Shown: piece after piece, positions 33,930-40,650 of the stretch
Numbering within the stretch: position 1 is the first letter of the stretch
Layout: the number at the start of each line of letters is the position of its first letter
Assembly (NCBI GenBank): GCA_964497785.1
Contig: CAZCEX010000001.1
Coordinates: 1-41,228 of the forward strand
DNA length: 41,228 bases
Direction: 5' to 3'
From: an uncultured Thermoanaerobaculia bacterium
GTDB taxonomy: Bacteria; Acidobacteriota; Thermoanaerobaculia; Thermoanaerobaculales; Sulfomarinibacteraceae
Translations under genes and position numbers: made by a program
The notes under the pieces: generated by a model
Databases searched by the model: none
What the model saw: only the letters and a program-made list of their open reading frames with translations
What the model was told of the DNA's origin: nothing

Positions 33930-34627
33930 GACGTTTTCTAGTTTTGTGTGTGGTTTTGGCCCTTCCGACGACCGGAGGACTATGGGCCCAGGGCCATGGC
34001 GGTATGGGTGGACAGATGATGGGGGGCTCCGGATCGGTGGTTGTCGCCGACGATGGCAGCTTGCTCCTGAATGAAATGGACCAAGGTGGAATGATGGGAG
34101 GAGGTGAGCTCTTGCGGGAACTTGTCAACATCTCCGCCGATGGCGAAGAGCGTTGGCGGGTGTCGTTCGAGGACGGTTGGCCGATGATGCCCGTCACCGA
34201 AGGCGATCTGGTGGTCGTCGTGCTCGTCGACGACTGGTTTGTCGTCGGCGACGGCTCCGGCGACTGGGGCTGGGGTGACGGACACGGCGGCGGAGGACCG
34301 GGAACCGGAGAGGCCGGCGAGGCGGCGATTGTCGCTCTCGATCTGGCAACCGGCGTTGAGCGGTGGCGGACCGATGTGACGGGCGCCATGGCATCGATGA
34401 CTCAGTTCAGTCCCGATGGTTCGCGGCTCTACGTCACCGTGCGCGGCTCGAGCTCCATGGGCGGTGGACACGGCGATGACCCGATCCGCCAGGGCGACGC
34501 CTCCGATGGCCGTTTCCTGATGTCGACGACCATTGCCGCCTTCGACAGGCAGGGTCACGAGCTCTGGACCTATGACAGTTCCTCGGGAGGTATGGGTGGA
34601 GGCCCGGTTGTTGAAGGAGGCGTGTGA
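33926..34627 (+). CDS. Secreted Met/Gly/His-rich protein with beta-propeller-blade-like segments, translationally coupled to cusA (unknown; candidate periplasmic Cu(I) binder)
   Basis: Its ATG overlaps the cusA stop (ATGA). Signal MRRFLVLCVVLALPTTGGLWA. Motifs GHGGMGGQMMGGSG, QGGMMGGGE, GDGHGGGGPG, SSMGGGHGDD and SSGGMGGGP are interspersed with PQQ/BamB-like strands (IVALDLATGVERWRTDV, AAFDRQGHELWTYD). Confidence 0.6.
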   Translation: MRRFLVLCVVLALPTTGGLWAQGHGGMGGQMMGGSGSVVVADDGSLLLNEMDQGGMMGGGELLRELVNISADGEERWRVSFEDGWPMMPVTEGDLVVVVLVDDWFVVGDGSGDWGWGDGHGGGGPGTGEAGEAAIVALDLATGVERWRTDVTGAMASMTQFSPDGSRLYVTVRGSSSMGGGHGDDPIRQGDASDGRFLMSTTIAAFDRQGHELWTYDSSSGGMGGGPVVEGGV

Positions 34628-35409
34628 TGCGCACGACCGTCGCCGTTCTCGGTCTCGTATTGCTCTGCTCCGCCGTTTCTCCAGCACTGGCTGCCTCGGG
34701 CCACACCGAGGGATACGTGCCCGCAGTGGCCCACGCCGAAGGCAGGTTCGGTTCGATGTGGACATCCGACGTGTGGGTCTACCATCAGGGTGCAGGAACA
34801 GTGCACCTGTGGTTCAACCCGGCCGGCAATGACAACGCCGACAACCAGAGCATTGCCGTGAGTCTCGATCGACCCGTGACGGTACTCAAGGATGTCGTTG
34901 GAAGCCTGTTTTCGACGGACGGTGTGGGGAGCCTGCACTACATCGCGGACGGACCGGTGACCGTTGTCTCGCGGACCTGGACGCCTGGGGCTTCTGGTGA
35001 CGGCACCTACGGACAGACGATCCAGGGTGTGCCCATAACCGCAGCTGCGCCGGGTGGTGCAGGTCAGGCAGTGGGCACCATGCGAATGCTCATCGACTAC
35101 AGGCCTGGATTCCGGACGAACCTGGGGCTGGTCAACGTGTCACCGAACTCGGTTTCGGTCCTTGTCGAGATCTTCACTGCCGACGGGCAGAGTGTTTCGA
35201 GCGCGTCGTCGTTCTCGGTCGACCTGGCGCCTTTTGGGATGAGGCAGGTCAACGACGTCTTTGCGTCGCTCGGGATCGAGGGTGTTGAGACCCTCATCGT
35301 CCGCGCTGGAGTGGAGTCGGGAAACGGTTCGATTCTGGCCTACCTCTCGGAGGTCGACAATACGACCAACGACGCGTCGTACCAGGAGGGTTTCAGGTTC
35401 GGTTTCTGA
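34624..35409 (+). CDS. Secreted hypothetical protein (beta-rich), last gene of the cus-type operon
   Basis: Start (GTG 34624 or ATG 34627) overlaps the upstream stop. Signal MMRTTVAVLGLVLLCSAVSPALA. Then YVPAVAHAEGRFGSMWTSDVWVYHQG..., a pattern I have seen in uncharacterised secreted proteins of environmental bacteria. Ends ...YQEGFRFGF*. Confidence 0.55.
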   Translation: MMRTTVAVLGLVLLCSAVSPALAASGHTEGYVPAVAHAEGRFGSMWTSDVWVYHQGAGTVHLWFNPAGNDNADNQSIAVSLDRPVTVLKDVVGSLFSTDGVGSLHYIADGPVTVVSRTWTPGASGDGTYGQTIQGVPITAAAPGGAGQAVGTMRMLIDYRPGFRTNLGLVNVSPNSVSVLVEIFTADGQSVSSASSFSVDLAPFGMRQVNDVFASLGIEGVETLIVRAGVESGNGSILAYLSEVDNTTNDASYQEGFRFGF

Positions 35410-35610
35410 CGAGGCTACGGACGGGTCCAGCGGCCCGGTCATGGCGATCTTTCGTCTCGCTGGGTAGCGTGCTTTGAGTTGAGGCTCGATCAAGCTCACC
35501 CGGTGTTGCCGGGAAGGGGAGAGCCGCGCACAATAGGTGCCGTACGACCTCGCCGTCCTCAACGGCAGAGCGTGAGAGATCTCAAAATTCCAATGAGCTT
35601 TGACGAAGGG

Positions 35611-37725
35611 ATGCCGACCGTGAAAAAGACCATGTTGCTGACAGCTGTGGTGTTGCTCTCAACCATCGCCTGCACGAACCCCGGAACCGAACAGGCGAAG
35701 ACGGATGGCAACCCGTTCCTCGTACCTTACGATACGAGCTTCAACGTGCAGCCGTTCGACCGCATCTCGCACGAGCATTTCGTGCCCGCCTTCGAGGAGG
35801 CCATGTCCCGGCAGAATGCCGAGATCGAAGAGATCGTCAATGATCCGGAGGCGCCCGACTTCGACAATACGATCGCAGCGATCGACCGGACCGGTGGACT
35901 GCTCGCCGAGGTCTCGGCGGTTTTCTACGGCCTGAGTGGGTCCAATACGAGCGAGGAGCTGCAACAGATCAATGCAGAGATATCGCCCAGGTTGGCGGCC
36001 CATCGAGATGAGATCCGGCTCAACAAGCCGCTCTTCGAGCGCGTAAAGGCGGTCTATGACGCGCGAGAAAGCCTGGACCTCGACCCCGAGCAGTCCTTCC
36101 TGCTGAAAAACACATATAAGGACTACGTGCGCAGCGGGGTGCTCCTGGACGATGAGGGCCAGGCCAGGCTCAGGGAGATCAACCAGGAGCTGTCGAAGCT
36201 CCGGGTCGATTTCAGCAACAATTTACTGGCGGAGACCAACAACTTCCAGCTGGTGATCGAGGATGAATCAGATCTTGCTGGCCTGCCCGAAGGCGTCGTA
36301 ACGACTGCCGCCGAGGCGGCCGCGACGGCGGATTTAGAGGGTAGGTGGCTCTTCACCACCCACAAACCCAGCATGTTGCCCTTCCTCACCTACGCCGATA
36401 ACCGCGGCCTGAGGCAACAGCTCTTCACCGCCTATACGATGCGGGGCAACAATAGCAATCAGAATGACAACTCAGCCATCATCGCCGACATCATCAACCT
36501 GCGGGTGGAGAAGGCTGAGCTGCTCGGTTACGACACCTATGCCGACTACGTACTGGAACGGCGCATGGCCGGGACCCCTGACAGGGTCTACGAACTGCTG
36601 AACCGGCTCTGGGAGGCATCGCTGCCAGTGGCCATCGACGAGGTCGCTGAAATGCAGCAGATCATCGACCGGGAGGGTGGCGGCTTCAAGCTTGCCGCGT
36701 GGGACTGGTGGTACTTCGCAGAGATGGTGCGCAAGGAGAAGTACGAGCTCGACGATACCGAGCTGCGGCCCTACTTCCAGCTTGCTATGGTCCGGGACGG
36801 CGCATTCTGGGTGGCCAACCAGCTCTACGGTCTGACCTTTGAGCCGATCGAGGGTTTGCCCAAGCCCCACCCCGATGCCCAGGTCTTCGAGGTCAAAGAA
36901 GCCGACGGCTCCCACTGCGCCGTCATCTACATGGACTTCCACCCACGCGCCAGCAAACGAGGCGGTGCGTGGTGCGGCGGCTACAGGGGACAGCATCGGG
37001 CATACGGCGACGAGGTCGACCCGGTCATTAATCTGGTATGCAACTTCACGACGCCCACCGGCGATGTCCCGGCCCTGCTCAGCATGGACGAGGTGACGAC
37101 CCTGTTTCACGAGTTTGGCCACGCCCTGGACGGCATGCTCTCCAACGTCACGTACAGGACCAGGTACAGCTCGAGCGATTTCTCCGAGCTGCCCAGTCAG
37201 ATCATGGAGCACTGGGCCGTCGCGCCGGAGGTCATGAAGCACTACGCCAAGCACTACCAGACCGGAGAGGCGATCCCGGACGGGCTCATCGAGAAGATCA
37301 ACAACAGCAAGCTCTTCAACCAGGGTTTCATCACCGTCGAGTACCTGGCCGCCTGCCTGCTCGACATGGAGTACCACACCCTGAGCGAGCCGACTGAGAT
37401 CGACGTGGTGGCGTTTGAAACCGAGTACTTCGACAAGATCGGCCTCATTCCGGAGATCGTATCGCGCTACCGTTCCACTTACTTCGCCCACATCATCGGC
37501 GGATACGCCGCCGGGTATTACGGCTACATATGGTCCGGCGTGCTCGACAACGATGCCTTCGAGGCGTTCAACGAGACCAGCCTCTTCGACCCGGAGACGG
37601 CGTTACGCTTCCGCACTGCCGTTCTCGAGAGGAACGGGTCGGCAGACTTCATGGAGATGTATACCGACTTCAGGGGACGGGAGCCTGACATCGAGCCGCT
37701 GCTGAAGAACCGGGGCCTCAACTAG
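35611..37725 (+). CDS. dcp: M3-family peptidyl-dipeptidase (Dcp-like), probable lipoprotein
   Basis: HEFGHALDG zinc motif. N-terminal NPFLVPYDTSFNVQPFDRISHEHFVPAFEEAM resembles the E. coli Dcp N-terminus as I recall it. MPTVKKTMLLTAVVLLSTIAC is a signal/lipobox-like start. The start could also be ATG 35593; the track's 35479 start looks too long. Confidence 0.85.
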   Translation: MPTVKKTMLLTAVVLLSTIACTNPGTEQAKTDGNPFLVPYDTSFNVQPFDRISHEHFVPAFEEAMSRQNAEIEEIVNDPEAPDFDNTIAAIDRTGGLLAEVSAVFYGLSGSNTSEELQQINAEISPRLAAHRDEIRLNKPLFERVKAVYDARESLDLDPEQSFLLKNTYKDYVRSGVLLDDEGQARLREINQELSKLRVDFSNNLLAETNNFQLVIEDESDLAGLPEGVVTTAAEAAATADLEGRWLFTTHKPSMLPFLTYADNRGLRQQLFTAYTMRGNNSNQNDNSAIIADIINLRVEKAELLGYDTYADYVLERRMAGTPDRVYELLNRLWEASLPVAIDEVAEMQQIIDREGGGFKLAAWDWWYFAEMVRKEKYELDDTELRPYFQLAMVRDGAFWVANQLYGLTFEPIEGLPKPHPDAQVFEVKEADGSHCAVIYMDFHPRASKRGGAWCGGYRGQHRAYGDEVDPVINLVCNFTTPTGDVPALLSMDEVTTLFHEFGHALDGMLSNVTYRTRYSSSDFSELPSQIMEHWAVAPEVMKHYAKHYQTGEAIPDGLIEKINNSKLFNQGFITVEYLAACLLDMEYHTLSEPTEIDVVAFETEYFDKIGLIPEIVSRYRSTYFAHIIGGYAAGYYGYIWSGVLDNDAFEAFNETSLFDPETALRFRTAVLERNGSADFMEMYTDFRGREPDIEPLLKNRGLN

Positions 37726-37794
37726 TCCGCGCCCGGTCTGTCTACCCGAGTCAGGTTGATCGTGGTTGGCAGCCGAAAGGCGATATAGGGAATT

Positions 37795-37875
37795 TGAAAC
37801 GCAAAGACGCAAAGGGCGCAAAGTTTTTGTTTTATAGCGGTTATCCTTCGCGTTCTTGGCGTCTTTGCGGTTCAG
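37795..37875. repeat. REP-like imperfect hairpin built from CGCAAAG repeats, between convergent genes
   Basis: Left arm is GAAACGCAAAGACGCAAAGGGCGCAAAG (37797-37824). The reverse complement of the right arm (37846-37873) is GAACCGCAAAGACGCCAAGAACGCGAAG (23/28 match). T-rich 21-nt loop TTTTTGTTTTATAGCGGTTAT (37825-37845). Same repeat family as 18992-19199. Confidence 0.7.
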
Positions 37876-37892
37876 ATTCTAGCTGTCACCAG

Positions 37893-39218
37893 TTACGGAG
37901 CAGTCGGAGACCAGCGGGAAGTCTCACCGGACTCGAACCCGTCGGCGAAGAGGACGCCGACGCCCTCGAACGCGCCGATGTCGTGGGTGACGCCGATGGG
38001 GCGAAAGGCGCCCTCCAGATCGGTTGTCACATCAGCGCGGAGCTGACCGGCATCGGCCCCGGGGCTGCCCAACTTCAGGTGGTAGTCGTTGGCGGGCACT
38101 GACTCGAACAGTTGAGTGGGGGAGGCTACCAGTGAAGAGAGATCCTGGCCCGTAGCCGTACGCCACTCGGCCAAGGTCAAGACCGTATCGCCATCGTCGA
38201 GGGTGAACCGATCTTCGACCGCATTGTTGTTCGAGGTGAATCCCGGCAGGCACGATGCGCACACCGACATGGCGCCGCGATAGCTCTGCTCGCTCCAGAA
38301 GACATTGTTGCGCACCACGTTACCGGTGGAACTGCTCTGGATGTTGAGGGCCCAGCGGCCGTCCGAAGCGACCAGGACCGTATTGTTGAGTACCCGGTTG
38401 TTATTCGAACCGGCGGCGCCGTCGATCTGGTAGAGCGAGATGCCGCTGGCGTGGCTGTCGTAGATCAGGTTGTTACGCACCAACGAGCTCTGAACACCGT
38501 CCATGTTGATGCCCGAGCCGCCGCCGACGCCGTTGTCCCAGATGACGTTGTTCTCGACCAGGGCATCGCTGATCAGGCCGTCGCCGCCCATTGACGCGTC
38601 ACCGTTCATGTGGATGCCGTTGGCGTTGTTGCCCCAGATGAGGTTGCCTCGGATCACCGGACGGTCGCCGCTGTTGCTGGTATAGATACCGTGCTCGAGG
38701 CCGCTTCTCGATGTCTCGTTGCCTTCGATGAGCAGGTCGTTGCAAAAGCCGGTGAAGATGCCCCAGGTACCGTTGGAGTCACAGCTGTTGTTGCGGATGG
38801 TGACATGGTCACACAGCACGGCGCGGATGCCGGCGCGGCTGCGACCGTTGACCGTGAAACCTTCGATCACGATCCAACTCGCCCCTTCGATGTTGAAACC
38901 GTCCGGCGTCGACGGGTTGTCGGCGGTGATCTGAGGTGCAGAGCCGTCTGTAGCTCGAAAGGTGATCGGCTCGGTGGAGGTGCCGGACGTCGTCAGCTCG
39001 GCGCCGACGTAGCTCCCGTCGAGCACGAGAACCGTGTCGCCGGCCAGGACCTCGTCAGCGGCGTGCTGCAGGGTCGCCCAGGGCAAGACTTCGCTTCCTG
39101 GGTTCGTGTCGTTGCCTTGTGGTGGTGGCGCGACCCAGTAGGTCGTGGCGGCGAGGGTGGGGGAGGTGATGAGGAGTGCCAAGCAGGTCAGCCCCAATGC
39201 TCGAAAACAGATGTTCAT
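37893..39218 (-). CDS. Secreted right-handed parallel beta-helix repeat protein (pectate-lyase/NosD-like fold); carries the C-terminal tail
   Basis: Signal MNICFRALGLTCLALLITSPTLAA. YWVAPPPQGNDTNPGS...PWATLQHAADEVLAGDTVLVLDGSY opening, typical of this family. Repeated N-x-I/V-x-x-N turns (IRNNSCDSNG, IEGNETSRSG, IRGNLIWGNN, VENNVIWDNG, VRNNLIYDSH). Ends ...VLFADGFESGETSRWSPTAP*. ATG 39218 has a GGAGGG RBS; the track starts one codon earlier at TTG. Confidence 0.8.
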   Translation of the reverse strand: MNICFRALGLTCLALLITSPTLAATTYWVAPPPQGNDTNPGSEVLPWATLQHAADEVLAGDTVLVLDGSYVGAELTTSGTSTEPITFRATDGSAPQITADNPSTPDGFNIEGASWIVIEGFTVNGRSRAGIRAVLCDHVTIRNNSCDSNGTWGIFTGFCNDLLIEGNETSRSGLEHGIYTSNSGDRPVIRGNLIWGNNANGIHMNGDASMGGDGLISDALVENNVIWDNGVGGGSGINMDGVQSSLVRNNLIYDSHASGISLYQIDGAAGSNNNRVLNNTVLVASDGRWALNIQSSSTGNVVRNNVFWSEQSYRGAMSVCASCLPGFTSNNNAVEDRFTLDDGDTVLTLAEWRTATGQDLSSLVASPTQLFESVPANDYHLKLGSPGADAGQLRADVTTDLEGAFRPIGVTHDIGAFEGVGVLFADGFESGETSRWSPTAP

Positions 39219-39483
39219 CAAAGACCCTCCGCTGGTCCATTCTCGGGGTATTGCTGGCCGAACGGTGTGACGACCCTCACGGCCTCATTCGTGACGGTTT
39301 ACGCAACCGGTGTTCTTCCCAGCGCCGGCCTTCTGGGATGCCGTAGGACGGTCATCCCAGCGTCGCATGAGCAGCGCGGTCGCGCGGAGAAGGTTGGATC
39401 GTCTGCGACCACGCTGCTCAAGCGAGCGGCGGCCTACCTCGTAGACTGGAGATCACGGTCGCAACGACCTCCCCGGGCATTGC

Positions 39484-39547
39484 CCGGTGACATCATTGTG
39501 TGGATGACCTTCGAAAATGGTGCGACCACGTCACAATGATGCACCCG
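39484..39547. repeat. Long hairpin / inverted repeat in a non-coding gap
   Basis: CCGGTGACATCATTGTG ... 31 nt ... CACAATGATGCACCCGG. The 10-bp core CATCATTGTG/CACAATGATG is perfect and the flanks mostly pair. Confidence 0.6.
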
Positions 39548-39643
39548 GCACGTGCCGCCGGGGCGCGCATTCGCTGGTTTTCTGGTCGGTTCCGTAGCCG
39601 CAGCGGAGAACGAGAGGGCGCTTCCGGTGGGACGTGCCGCTTT

Positions 39644-39679
39644 TGACATTGTGCGGCTGGGGGGTGGGGCACAATGTCG
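39644..39679. repeat. Second hairpin / palindrome with the same ATTGTG/CACAAT core
   Basis: TGACATTGTGC-GGCTGGGGGGTGGG-GCACAATGTCG. The 10-bp arms GACATTGTGC/GCACAATGTC are perfect and the loop is G-rich. About 115 nt upstream of the DUF302 start. Confidence 0.6.
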
Positions 39680-39791
39680 AGGGTGGCAATCCGCGGGGAG
39701 ATCGCTGACGATACTTCCCGCTGCGGCAATGGAGTCCTTCAGAAGCGGCAGAGAATTGTATGCGGTACCCTGTAGGAGTACAGGAGGCACC

Positions 39792-40190
39792 ATGGAAATT
39801 CGCTACGCTGTCGTCAAGGAGTATCCCGAGCTCGATTATCCCGACGCTGTGGAGCAGGTCACCGAGGCGCTGAAAACGGAGGGTTTCGGTGTGCTCACCG
39901 AAATCGACGTCAAAGCGACCCTCAAGAAGAAGATCGACGTCGATTTTAAGCGGTACGTGATCCTCGGTGCATGTAACCCTGAGCTCGCTCATCAGGCCCT
40001 TTCCGGTGAGCCGATGATCGGCGTCCTCCTGCCCTGCAACGTTATCGTTATGGACCGGGATGGTGGCGGATCCATCGTCGCAGCCTTCAAACCGACCGCT
40101 GCCTTCGCACTCGTCGACAACCCCGATGTCGACCCGATCGCGCAGGAGGTTGAAGGTCGGCTGCGGAGGGTGCTGGAGCTGGTCGGCTGA
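39792..40190 (+). CDS. DUF302 domain protein
   Basis: MEIRYAVVKEYPELDYPDAVEQVTEALKTEGFGVLTEIDVKATLKKKIDVDFKRYVILGACNPELAHQAL...LLPCNVIV is the characteristic DUF302 pattern. AGGAGG RBS lies 5 nt upstream of this ATG. The track's upstream start (39552) adds a low-complexity extension with no RBS. Confidence 0.8.
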   Translation: MEIRYAVVKEYPELDYPDAVEQVTEALKTEGFGVLTEIDVKATLKKKIDVDFKRYVILGACNPELAHQALSGEPMIGVLLPCNVIVMDRDGGGSIVAAFKPTAAFALVDNPDVDPIAQEVEGRLRRVLELVG

Positions 40191-40269
40191 AGGGAGCCGC
40201 CAGCACGCCAGCCCGCCCGGATGCCAGATGCCGGATGCCAACGTTGTTCTCGACAGTTGCGGTGATTAG

Positions 40270-40584
40270 GCGAAGAATCGCCGCAAGAAATGCGGTAATG
40301 CGGACGAGACGCTGGCCGCTGTGCTGCGCAAGGCGAGAATCTGGCAGCAAATCAACCGGCGCCCGGTCAACCTCCGGCAGCGCACGGTGATCAACCGGAT
40401 GTTGCAGGACTTCGAGGGCAAAATGACGACATCCAAGTACGCCAAGCTCAACAAATGCTCGGCGGATACTGCACTGCGCGACATCAGAGAGTTGCTGAAG
40501 CGAGGCATCTTCGTACAGAACCCCGGCCATGGCCGGAGCACGAGCTATCGGCTCGCCGGGCCGGACATGGTCTTGAGGTCTTGA
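40270..40584 (+). pseudogene. 3' remnant of a Fic-family gene (C-terminal winged-helix part only)
   Basis: The in-frame translation after the TAG at 40267 reads AKNRRKKCGNADETLAAVLRKARIWQQINRRPVNLRQRTVINRMLQDFEGKMTTSKYAKLNKCSADTALRDIRELLKRGIFVQNPGHGRSTSYRL. This matches, as I recall it, the conserved C-terminal ~90 aa of long Fic/DUF4172 proteins. The Fic core (HPFxxGNGR) and N-terminal domain are absent upstream. Confidence 0.6.
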
Positions 40585-40650
40585 GGACCTGAGGTTCAGC
40601 TGCGGTTTTCCTGCGGATTCATCTGACCTATGATCTCTAAAGGAGTGACA

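Noticed and set aside
39552-39791. Upstream start extending the DUF302 ORF to 212 aa
   Set aside because: The extension is Gly/Arg/Ala-rich and has no RBS. A perfect AGGAGG precedes the internal ATG at 39792, where DUF302 similarity begins.
40220-40240. GATGCC[AG] x3 tandem heptamer
   Set aside because: Too short and isolated to call a functional repeat. Mentioned only in the context of the Fic remnant.
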